DNA from: Lapidilactobacillus wuchangensis
GTDB taxonomy: Bacteria; Bacillota; Bacilli; Lactobacillales; Lactobacillaceae
Reading direction: 5' to 3'
Assembly (NCBI RefSeq): GCF_003946645.1
Contig: NZ_RHOU01000002.1
Coordinates: 26,488-90,487 of the forward strand
DNA length: 64,000 nt
In this document: positions 1 to 7,863 of the stretch, in pieces
Layout: every line of letters begins with the position of its first letter
Numbering within the stretch: the stretch's first letter is position 1
Position numbers and translations under genes: made by a program
Notes under the pieces: generated by a model
Databases searched by the model: none
Told to the model about the DNA's origin: nothing
What the model saw: only the letters and a program-made list of their open reading frames with translations

Positions 1-963
1 GGCGGGTAGTCCGAGATAGGCGTAATTCTCACCGGTCTTGTACCCGTCCATTTGTTTCATTTTGTCGTTGCGCGCCATCATGTCCTGATAGAAGGTTTCA
101 AGCGCACCAAGCATGGCCTCCTTCTTCGAGTAGACCCCTGGCATCACGTCTGCCAGATCGGCGAGGTCAGCATTTTTCGGGTCAAGAATGGTGAGCTGGG
201 CACCGTCTTTCAGCAGTGCTTCAATCAACGTCAAAATAAAGTAGGTCTTCCCGCCACCAGTACCACCAGCGATCAGCATGTGGGGCAGCGCGTCATAGTG
301 CCAAGCCACCGTTTCCATGAGCTGCATGGAGCCGTGTTCACACGTCACGTCAGCGATGGTGATGCGCTTGCCGATCGTGTCGTAAAGCAAGGTGTATTCG
401 ACGTAAGAATCGTGCAGGATCTTGTCGACCAGCTCACAGTAAAGACCAGCCTCTAGCTTCTTTTCCAAGTGCAGCAGTTGGTCTTGATAGGAAGACATGA
501 CGATTTCAACGGAAACGTGAATCAGCCCATCCTTGAGCCGGTAATAGATTTTGGGAAAATGCGAGATTTTCTCTTTGGTGCGCGTTGAGCCTAAGTCCTT
601 GAAGAAACTCTCACTGTTGGACTGGTCAGTTTGGTACCACTTGTTCTCCATGATCATGCGGGCGAGTTTTTGGCGGTGTTCCATCTGCTTGTAGGAATCC
701 GCAAACCAAGTTTGATATGCCCACAAGCCAGCACCAAAGAGTAGTGCTGTGCATAAACTGTTAAGAATTAGCGGCAACCATGACCAAGGCAGTGCCACCA
801 CATCCGGCCAACTAAAGAATTTCCAGTTGATTTGTCTTAACAGCGGCCAATAGGCAATGGCAGCACCAGTTATCCATAAGCAAACCACAACGGTTATGGC
901 CGTGTTGTAGAGCAGGTTGCGTTGACGCGGATAGACCCGTGTACCGCGATAAACCAGTTTCAT
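1..963 (-). CDS. FtsK/SpoIIIE-family ATPase, conjugative coupling protein (Tn916 Orf21 / ICEBs1 ConQ-like). N-terminal ~320 aa present, 3' end outside window
   Basis: Minus-strand reading frame opens with MKLVYRGTRVYP at 963 and is still open at position 1. It has two N-terminal hydrophobic segments followed by a Walker A motif (LMIAGGTGGGKTYF, from revcomp of ggtcttcccgccaccagtaccaccagc near 240-270). Its ATG overlaps the upstream stop as ATGA. The provided plus-strand ORF 52..456 is antisense to it. Confidence 0.75.
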   Translation of the reverse strand, partial: MKLVYRGTRVYPRQRNLLYNTAITVVVCLWITGAAIAYWPLLRQINWKFFSWPDVVALPWSWLPLILNSLCTALLFGAGLWAYQTWFADSYKQMEHRQKLARMIMENKWYQTDQSNSESFFKDLGSTRTKEKISHFPKIYYRLKDGLIHVSVEIVMSSYQDQLLHLEKKLEAGLYCELVDKILHDSYVEYTLLYDTIGKRITIADVTCEHGSMQLMETVAWHYDALPHMLIAGGTGGGKTYFILTLIEALLKDGAQLTILDPKNADLADLADVMPGVYSKKEAMLGALETFYQDMMARNDKMKQMDGYKTGENYAYLGLPA

Positions 964-1247
964 TCGTCATCGACCATTCTTTCAAAGCCAATCACTAAAC
1001 CGAGGGCACTACTTTCAATGCCGAACTGAAAGCGTAGACCAGCCTTGCAAAGTTCCGGGTCGTCGCATTGTTCACTTGGCAGAATTAAATCACAGGCGTT
1101 CATGCCTTGATCCGCTGCTTGCTTTGCCGAGTTGATCAGCCCGTGAATCACATCAGCAGGCGTTGGCGCACCGGCCTCAAAGTTGGCAGTGTGGTCGTAA
1201 AAGTCGAGAAAGTCGGTCAAGCCGATCAGGGTTACTTGGTCATTCAT
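960..1247 (-). CDS. small acidic protein, member of a 4-copy tandem paralog family (95 aa)
   Basis: ORF with an AAGGAGA RBS. It shares the F(L/I)(E/D)(D/F)Y ... P(S/T)(A/P)AD ... AxQAxDxG motifs with the three ORFs upstream. Its stop overlaps the ConQ-like start (ATGA). Confidence 0.55.
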   Translation of the reverse strand: MNDQVTLIGLTDFLDFYDHTANFEAGAPTPADVIHGLINSAKQAADQGMNACDLILPSEQCDDPELCKAGLRFQFGIESSALGLVIGFERMVDDE

Positions 1248-1265
1248 AGTGTTCTCCTTCGGGCG

Positions 1266-1514
1266 TTACTTGACGCCAATGTATTTGATAGATGGTTGTC
1301 GGTCTTCGGTGTCGATGTTGAAGCTGAACTCTTTGGATTCATGATCGCGGGTACATTCGCCGTCTACCCAAATGGAAAACGGTTCGCCAGCAGTTGCCTG
1401 TTCGGCAGCCATCAACACCATGTCAATCAAAGCGTCCGGGCTAGGATCATGGAAATCAGGATCAACTAGCGCGGGGTAATCTTCCAAAAATCCGTCGATA
1501 TTCATTGCGGACAT
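1266..1514 (-). CDS. small acidic protein, paralog family (82 aa from MSAMNID start)
   Basis: AAAGGAG RBS 7 nt before ATG at 1514. Conserved GFLEDY ... IWVD ... EFSFNIDTED ... YIGV motifs shared with neighbours. Confidence 0.55.
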   Translation of the reverse strand: MSAMNIDGFLEDYPALVDPDFHDPSPDALIDMVLMAAEQATAGEPFSIWVDGECTRDHESKEFSFNIDTEDRQPSIKYIGVK

Positions 1515-1548
1515 TTTCAAGCTCCTTTCATTTGTAGCAATACGAAAT

Positions 1549-1806
1549 TCAATCAACACCCATATAAATCACGGTGTCTTCAAGCAAGTTGAAAATGAAT
1601 TCCTTTGGTTCGTCATCAATCGTGTTGTCATCAACCCAGATAATGAATTGACCGTCCATTGCCTGTGCTGCGGCATCAGCGACCAATTCCTGTAAAAAAT
1701 CAGCGCTTGGAGGAACGCCATCCGTTCTGACAAGTCTGGTGTAGTCTTCGATGAATTCGGTGATCTCAAAATTTTGTGGTTGAATCGATCTCACATCCTT
1801 ATTCAT
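1549..1806 (-). CDS. small acidic protein, paralog family (85 aa from MNKDV start; alternative starts up to 1851)
   Basis: EFIEDY ... IWVDD ... EFIFNLLED ... YMGV motifs. Its start overlaps the upstream stop as GATGAATAA. Start codon is ambiguous. Confidence 0.5.
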   Translation of the reverse strand: MNKDVRSIQPQNFEITEFIEDYTRLVRTDGVPPSADFLQELVADAAAQAMDGQFIIWVDDNTIDDEPKEFIFNLLEDTVIYMGVD

Positions 1807-2062
1807 CGCTGACGCCCAAATACGAGAGCCGCAAGCCATCTTCACCCTCATATGAAGTGAACGAGAACAGCTTATTCATGCCGTCGTTGGTCTGCTCGCT
1901 GTCGATATGCAGGTGTTGGTAGGATTCAGGGCTTTCTTCCATGAGTTCCACCATGTCTTGCAGGATCTCGTCTGGGTCAAGGCGGTAGTCGTTGTCGATT
2001 TCTTCGTTATAGTCGTCGATGAACACTTCACGACCAACTACGGTCAATGTGGAAGTCATCAT
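1799..2062 (-). CDS. small acidic protein, paralog family (87 aa)
   Basis: AAAGGAG RBS then ATGATG. VFIDDY ... LFSFTSYEGED ... YLGV motifs. Very acidic. Confidence 0.55.
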   Translation of the reverse strand: MMTSTLTVVGREVFIDDYNEEIDNDYRLDPDEILQDMVELMEESPESYQHLHIDSEQTNDGMNKLFSFTSYEGEDGLRLSYLGVSDE

Positions 2063-2136
2063 CTGTAATCAGCTCCTTTCATTAGTGGTAAGCAACCGCC
2101 GCAGCGGGCGGCGCGCGTGAGGAGTGGGGCAATGAG

Positions 2137-2508
2137 CTATTTCTTGTCATTGTTGTTTGGCTTCTCCTGTGGCTTGACCGGTGCGGTGGCAATCACGAGA
2201 TCCTTGGCTTTCATGTACCACGAGGTCTCAACACGGTTGAAGTTTGCGTTCGCCACAGTGTCGATCACTGGGTCAACCAAGGTAACGAGCTGGTTGTACT
2301 TGAAATCCTTAACCCCGGCCTCTGCTGGAATTGAAACTTGGATCATCATTCCTTGTTTCATTGACTTCAAGTCATAGGTGCGTTCCTTCACGTCGTCGGT
2401 ACGATTGCCGTCTTCGTCTTGCACGAAGCGTTCGCGGCGTTGACCGGAGAATTTCAAGACGCCAAAGGTTTCTTCTAAGTCGATAACGATGCCTTCTGCT
2501 AATCGCAT
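2137..2508 (-). CDS. HelP-like / DUF961-type protein (Tn916 Orf22-like), 123 aa
   Basis: Paralogous to the next ORF (ETFGVLKFSG ... RTYDL ... IPAEAG vs KTFGHLYFGS ... RTYEL ... IPAKKG). A pair of ~105/~125-aa paralogs directly upstream of an FtsK-like coupling protein matches the Tn916 orf23-orf22-orf21 / ICEBs1 helP-conQ arrangement. The family assignment is by architecture, not by a verified motif. Confidence 0.5.
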   Translation of the reverse strand: MRLAEGIVIDLEETFGVLKFSGQRRERFVQDEDGNRTDDVKERTYDLKSMKQGMMIQVSIPAEAGVKDFKYNQLVTLVDPVIDTVANANFNRVETSWYMKAKDLVIATAPVKPQEKPNNNDKK

Positions 2509-2525
2509 GTGGGTTCCTCTTTTCT

Positions 2526-2849
2526 TTATTTGACTGGGACAATATCGTCGGCATTGCAGATGTAGCGCACAAAGGCTTGCTCACCGATTCGGTAGCCAAC
2601 GGTCGCAATGCGCGGTTTGATGATGGTGACCGGCGCATCTACTTCAATGCTTTCGGCCTTGTCACCTTTCTTCGCCGGAATGGTGATCTCGATGTTGTCG
2701 GTACGCTGCAGGTCAGAGAACAACTCGTAAGTGCGGGAGACAACCTTGCGATTGTCGCGATCACCTTCTGACAGTTCGCGCTTGAGCGAACCGAAGTACA
2801 GGTGGCCGAACGTCTTTTCAATGTTTGGTGCAACAAATTTGAGTTCCAT
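2526..2849 (-). CDS. HelP-like / DUF961-type protein (Tn916 Orf23-like), 107 aa
   Basis: Paralog of 2137..2508; same operon. Size and position fit Tn916 Orf23. Confidence 0.5.
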   Translation of the reverse strand: MELKFVAPNIEKTFGHLYFGSLKRELSEGDRDNRKVVSRTYELFSDLQRTDNIEITIPAKKGDKAESIEVDAPVTIIKPRIATVGYRIGEQAFVRYICNADDIVPVK

Positions 2850-2891
2850 GTTGTAGCCTTCCTTTCGTATTCAAAAAGCCGGGTAGGTGGG

Positions 2892-3134
2892 CTACTCGGC
2901 TGTGGCTTGGTGATAGTATTCGGTTAATTGTTGAAGTAGATAATCGTAAAACGACTTGGAGATTGGGTGAACGGTGCGGCCATCAGCGTATCGTGGAAAC
3001 TGGATATACCAGCGATACTGACCTTCGATGAGCTTCACGTTTTTCAAGATAAGCACATGATCCAGTACGATGTCGCCTTGGAGCAGTGCGTCGCCACCGG
3101 GATCAGGGTACATATTGATAGAAGAAATGCGCAT
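2892..3134 (-). CDS. hypothetical small protein (orf24-position), ~80 aa
   Basis: ORF immediately downstream of the LPXTG gene. The ATG at 3134 directly follows the TAA of the surface-protein gene (taATATGcgc). A longer start at 3164 would overlap that gene by 28 nt. Confidence 0.4.
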   Translation of the reverse strand: MRISSINMYPDPGGDALLQGDIVLDHVLILKNVKLIEGQYRWYIQFPRYADGRTVHPISKSFYDYLLQQLTEYYHQATAE

Positions 3135-3135
3135 A

Positions 3136-6100
3136 TTACTTGCCGTCTTTCTTCTTGGCACCACCGATCACAACCATTGCAGCAAGGACGCCGAGCAGCA
3201 GTACTACACCGATGACGATGAGCCAGCCGGACGTCGCGTTACCGGTTTGTGGGAGACCTGGCTTAGGCGTCTGCTTGTCGGTCATGACGGCCTTCACGAT
3301 TTCACCATCCTTAGTGATTTCGAATGGCACGAGGGCTTCGCTAATTTCGTAGCCCTTTGGTGCATCGTATTCTTGGAAGCTGTACTTGCCAGCAGGCAGG
3401 TTGCCAAAGGAGAAGACACCGTTCTTGTCGGTGCGACCAGATACAACCGTCTTGCCATTTTCGTCCAGAATACGGATACCGGTGTTTGGCAGGCGCTTCC
3501 CAGTAGAAACATCGGTCTTGGTCAGTTCGCCCGTGCCCTTGATCAAGTGGTTGGTCAGTTCAAAGGCGATGGTTGGTTTCTTGGCGTCAGCCTTGGTCTC
3601 ACCAATCTGCTTGTCCTTGCTATCGAAAACCGTCACGCCGTCCTTAGTAGACACGAGCTTGAGGGTTTCCTTCGATAAGACAAGGTTGGTGGCAGAAGGC
3701 TTGGTTTCGCGCAAGTAGAACGTGCCCACGGGCAGATGCTTGATGGAGCCAGTGGAATCTTTGCCGACGGTGATAGTCTGAATCACCTTTTTGTCAGCGT
3801 CGAGCAGTTCAAAAACCGCGCCAGCAGCGTTACCGCTCATCGTGTAGGAGTAGCCTTTACCCGAAACCAGCGTGGCAACTTCATTGATCTTCTTGAATGA
3901 CAGTTCGTTTTCGTGGAGCTTGTTGTCGATCACCTTGCCGTCATTAAGGTCAATATGCTTGATCTTCTCGTTGTCGGTGGTGTGGAAATGGAAGCCGTAC
4001 ATCGTGGTATTTAAGTCGTGCTTCTCACCGGCATCAAGTTCTTTGACGTAGTAGTAGCCTTCTGGCAACTGGATTGTGCCAAATTCAGCCTTACCATCTT
4101 TGACCGTCGTGGTGGCAACGAGTGATTCAGAAGGAATCACAGTGTCGCCAATCGTGGTTTCGCCTTGCGTGAACAAGCCGAAGACCTGACCGTTGGCAGC
4201 GACGTTCTTGATAACTGGAAGGTTGTCCTTCCAGCCGGTGATGCTTTCTTCTTGCTTGTTGAGTGTAATGTCGAGTTGCTGGAAGTCGTTCTTAGCTTCA
4301 AGTGAGGTGGAGGTCACCGTCACTTCTTGCCCGGCATACTTGAGTTCAAAAGCAATCGGATCGGTGTTCATGATGAACCCGTTTGGTGCAGATACTTCGG
4401 TTGCGGTGTACTTACCGAGGTAGAGTTCTGGAGTTTGAATCTGGCCTTGAGCGTCGGTGGTACCAGTGGCCACCACGTCACCCTTGTGGGCACGAACGGT
4501 GCCGTCAGCAGTCGTGATGTCTTCGGCTGCCTTGAACTCAAATTTCGCACCAGTCAGAGCGGTGTAGTCGTACTTGAACTTGTACTGATCGCCGTATTCA
4601 GTTTCAACCTTTTCGACGGCGACTGGGGTAGCCCCGGTCTTGGTCAAGGTGGCGACACCCTTTTGGGAGAGGTCAGCGAACTTAATGACCACGATGCCGT
4701 CTTTATGGCTGCCGTCGATGGTGAACTTAGCTGATTCCTTAGCCAGTACATAGCCTACTGGAGCTTGAACTTCTTCGAGTTGATACTTACCGTACCCGAG
4801 GGCTTCGGCGGTGATCAACTCACCGGAGTTGTCGGTAGCGAACTTATCAGTCGTACCGGACTTGTCGGCAGTTGGCTGAACTTCGTACTTGTTGGTTTGC
4901 AGGTTCTTGATGCGGAAGATTGCGCCAGCGCGCAGCACGGTCTTCCCGGTTTCGGTATCAACCTTGACTACCCGCAGCTTTTCTTCGATAACCTTGTTTT
5001 CGATGCTGTAATGTTGGGACTTCTGGGTGCCGTCAACAACGACTGTGAACGGCTTGATGCCGTTGTAGCCCGTTGGGGTCTTGGTTTCAGCTACGGTGTA
5101 GGTGTCGTAAGGCAGATCCGCAAACTTCACGTACCCTTGGGCATCGGTGAGGCCAGTGCGAACAACCTTGCCAGTGGTCTTGCTGGTGACAGTGAACTGG
5201 GTGTCCTTGAGCATGACCGGCTTAGTGCCTTTGCCTTGGGTTGTCCAGTCGTAGTTCCCGTACTTGAGTAAGTCGAGGTCGCCAGTGATGACTTGTTCCT
5301 TAACCGTCGTGGTAGCAGTTGCGGTGGTGACGTTCTGACCAGCGTAAGCCAGCTTAAAGGTGTACTTTTGTGGATCAAGCACGTAGCCGGTCGGCGCCTT
5401 TACTTCTTGCCAATAGTAATCGTCCAGTTCCAAGCCGGAAACAGACGCGGTATTGTTGGTAATCGTCACCGACTTTACGAGCTTGTCGTCGGCTGCACGG
5501 TGGAGTTCGTAGACAGCGCCGTTAAGGCTGGCAGCACCTTGTGGCTGCTTGCCGGTAACAGCATCTTCCTTGATGATGGTGGCAGTGCCGCGTTGTTCTT
5601 GATCAGTTGCATCGACGTGAGCAGTCGTGACCGCGACAGTTTGACCAGCATACTTCAATTCAAACGGCAGCTTGGTCGTGTTTAGAACGTAACCAGCAGG
5701 GGCTTTTTCTTCCAGCGCGTAGTAGCTACCGAGCTTGAGATTCTGCAAGGTACCTTTACCGTTGCCGTCAGTGGTGATTGCGCCAACCCGTGTTCCGGTG
5801 CTGGTGTAGATTCCGTAGACAGCGCCGTTAAGCGAGTAGTAGGCATTGAACATGTCGCTACCAAACTCTTTACCAATCTTGGCGAGAGTTACGTTACCGA
5901 GCTGTTCCTTGTTGCCGAGAACGACTTCAACGGTCTTGCCGGGTTCAATGGTGACTTCCTTGAGTTCGCCCTTATTGACGTAGCCGTTCGGGGCAGTGAC
6001 TTCGCTGATCTTGATCTTGGTACCGGCTTTGATCCCGTTCAGGACAGCGTAGCCGTCAGTGCCAGTCGTGATTTCTTTGGTGGTACCGTTGTACTCGAAC

Positions 6101-6945
6101 TTGAGCTTGGCACCCGGCAGCGCCTTGTTGGTATCGGCGTCAACTTTTTTGGCTTTCACGTTACCGTTGAGATTAACTTTAATAGGTAGAGAGAACTCGC
6201 CGTTGTTGGACAGCTTGAAGTTGACGAGCTTTTGTTGTGAGCCTTTCGTGTAGACGAAAGAGGTACCAACGTCAGCAGCCTTGGCAATCGCATAAGCCAC
6301 CTTACCGGATTCCTTCGACTGGGCAGTGGCCGTCAGCGTCAGCTTATTGCCAGACTTCGTAATCTTGAGGTTCGCGGTGTTCGCCGTTTGCTGGGCGAAA
6401 GCTGCGAGCCGTCCGTTGGTATCAGTTAAGGTGATTGAATCACCAACTGCAAGCGTGATCTGCTTACCGTTGAAAGATGGCTTGCGATCATGCGCGGCGA
6501 CCTTATCAAGGATTGCTTTCTTTTCAGACTGATAGCTCTTGTTCGGTGTGGTGAGCAACGAATCGCCGAGCGTTTCCCAAATAATCATCTGGGTCACGGC
6601 GTAGTTGCGGTTGGTGGGGTTCTGGTAGTAACCATAGTAAGCAATCTTGGCTAGTTGATCCTTCTTACTGTCGGAGTAAGTGCTGGGGTTGTAGCCGGAG
6701 CCGCTCATATCGAGATCGACCCCGTGCTCCACACAGAAGGCAACTTTGCCGTCCACCTTTTTCATCCACATACCTGCGTCCGTCCAATGTAAGCCATTGA
6801 ACAAATGCAAGTGCCATGTGTTGCGCCAGTCGGCGACCTTGGTGTTGGTCATGCTGGCAGCAATCGCCATTGAGGCGGGGATAAAGAGTTGGACGAAAAT
6901 TGCGATTAAAGCGGCGAATACGGAGGTCCGCCGAACTGCTTTCAT
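3136..6945 (-). CDS. LPXTG-anchored surface adhesin with tandem Cna-B/SpaA-type (isopeptide) domains, ~1270 aa
   Basis: Signal peptide MKAVRRTSVFAALIAIFVQLFIPASMAIA after a GGAGG RBS. Repeated domain signature (E/Y)xxxExKAPxGYV(L) occurs at least six times (YYWQEVKAPTGYVLD, YYALEEKAPAGYVLN, KYQLEEVQAPVGYVL, KYTATEVSAPNGF, TVAETKTPTGY, KISEVTAPNGYV). The C-terminus has LPQTGN, a hydrophobic stretch and KKKDGK. Antisense ORFs from the track (3070..3678, 4327..4734, 4765..5271 etc.) are spurious. Confidence 0.9.
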   Translation of the reverse strand: MKAVRRTSVFAALIAIFVQLFIPASMAIAASMTNTKVADWRNTWHLHLFNGLHWTDAGMWMKKVDGKVAFCVEHGVDLDMSGSGYNPSTYSDSKKDQLAKIAYYGYYQNPTNRNYAVTQMIIWETLGDSLLTTPNKSYQSEKKAILDKVAAHDRKPSFNGKQITLAVGDSITLTDTNGRLAAFAQQTANTANLKITKSGNKLTLTATAQSKESGKVAYAIAKAADVGTSFVYTKGSQQKLVNFKLSNNGEFSLPIKVNLNGNVKAKKVDADTNKALPGAKLKFEYNGTTKEITTGTDGYAVLNGIKAGTKIKISEVTAPNGYVNKGELKEVTIEPGKTVEVVLGNKEQLGNVTLAKIGKEFGSDMFNAYYSLNGAVYGIYTSTGTRVGAITTDGNGKGTLQNLKLGSYYALEEKAPAGYVLNTTKLPFELKYAGQTVAVTTAHVDATDQEQRGTATIIKEDAVTGKQPQGAASLNGAVYELHRAADDKLVKSVTITNNTASVSGLELDDYYWQEVKAPTGYVLDPQKYTFKLAYAGQNVTTATATTTVKEQVITGDLDLLKYGNYDWTTQGKGTKPVMLKDTQFTVTSKTTGKVVRTGLTDAQGYVKFADLPYDTYTVAETKTPTGYNGIKPFTVVVDGTQKSQHYSIENKVIEEKLRVVKVDTETGKTVLRAGAIFRIKNLQTNKYEVQPTADKSGTTDKFATDNSGELITAEALGYGKYQLEEVQAPVGYVLAKESAKFTIDGSHKDGIVVIKFADLSQKGVATLTKTGATPVAVEKVETEYGDQYKFKYDYTALTGAKFEFKAAEDITTADGTVRAHKGDVVATGTTDAQGQIQTPELYLGKYTATEVSAPNGFIMNTDPIAFELKYAGQEVTVTSTSLEAKNDFQQLDITLNKQEESITGWKDNLPVIKNVAANGQVFGLFTQGETTIGDTVIPSESLVATTTVKDGKAEFGTIQLPEGYYYVKELDAGEKHDLNTTMYGFHFHTTDNEKIKHIDLNDGKVIDNKLHENELSFKKINEVATLVSGKGYSYTMSGNAAGAVFELLDADKKVIQTITVGKDSTGSIKHLPVGTFYLRETKPSATNLVLSKETLKLVSTKDGVTVFDSKDKQIGETKADAKKPTIAFELTNHLIKGTGELTKTDVSTGKRLPNTGIRILDENGKTVVSGRTDKNGVFSFGNLPAGKYSFQEYDAPKGYEISEALVPFEITKDGEIVKAVMTDKQTPKPGLPQTGNATSGWLIVIGVVLLLGVLAAMVVIGGAKKKDGK

Positions 6946-7863
6946 CAATGTAATTCCTCCATTCTTATTTTTCAGTAGCAGCGTGTGAACTAAGTGCAAC
7001 AAAATTGAAGTTGAATCACGGTTCAGCAACGTAAGCCTGTTATTTTATTGGGAAAGTTAACGGGCGGCTATTCATCGGTGGATAAGTCATCGGCAAATAA
7101 ATAACGGGAAATAAAAATAGACCGCTCGGACATTGAGGGTCTACGCTTGCTGTTGATATGAAGTTTTCTCCAATTTGCACCGTGCAACTTTTATGCTGCT
7201 TCCAAAGCTGTTTTTTGTGATATAATTGAGCTTATCGAAATTCAAAAGCCTTTAACGGCGCTCATTTGCGCTCATTCGGCTTTTCGGGGCAACAGAATGG
7301 GAGTAATTGATATATACAAATTGATGTTACAACGTCGGTTTAACAGCATTTCGCTTATTGTATAATTGCGTAAAAGACGGTTAGTGATTATGATTGTCAC
7401 CAAAAAGCTCATCTATCATTGGATAGATGGGCTTTTTTGGATAGACAAGTAGCATTATTTAAAAGTAAAAATTATTGTCAGCGAGTCGCGCATTAAACAA
7501 TTAAGAGAGAAACCTATTTCAATAAACTATTTAGATAAACATTGGATCAAAGCAAATCAGATGTATAAAATTGGTCGAAAACCAATTCTAAATAAGTTAA
7601 TGGTCGTCAATAAAGTTGATTCATGAAAAATATTAAAATTAAAAGTTACTATGATACTTTTTTATCTTTTTCCATTGTATCTTTTGAAGTGAATGATGTG
7701 ATCAACGTTATTTTAGGTGAAGAAAGAGAATGTCTTTTCCCCAGATCTATTATAGTATTATCTTATAAATATTAGCTGTATGATATATTAGTAAAGTGTA
7801 TTATCCAACGTACTTTTTTGTGATGTATAGGTCTATTTAAATGTTTGAAGGAAAGTAGATGAA

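Noticed and set aside
1-3164. Type VII secretion (EssC + WXG100/LXG toxin-immunity) interpretation of the FtsK-like ATPase plus many ~90-100-aa ORFs
   Set aside because: The ATPase has only two N-terminal TM helices and a single FtsK domain starting ~aa 200 (EssC has FHA domains and multiple ATPase domains). None of the small proteins has a central WxG motif. The context of an LPXTG Cna-B adhesin and a 107/123-aa paralog pair fits the Tn916/ICEBs1 conjugation core better.
52-6988. Plus-strand ORFs from the six-frame track inside the minus-strand ICE genes (52..456, 1107..1469, 2117..2377, 2577..2771, 2967..3215, 3070..3678, 3140..3352, 3386..3718, 4193..5685, 6059..6988)
   Set aside because: All are antisense to, or out of frame within, well-supported genes (Walker-A ATPase, repeated Cna-B domains). 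They lack RBSs and have low-complexity compositions typical of shadow ORFs in GC-rich coding DNA.
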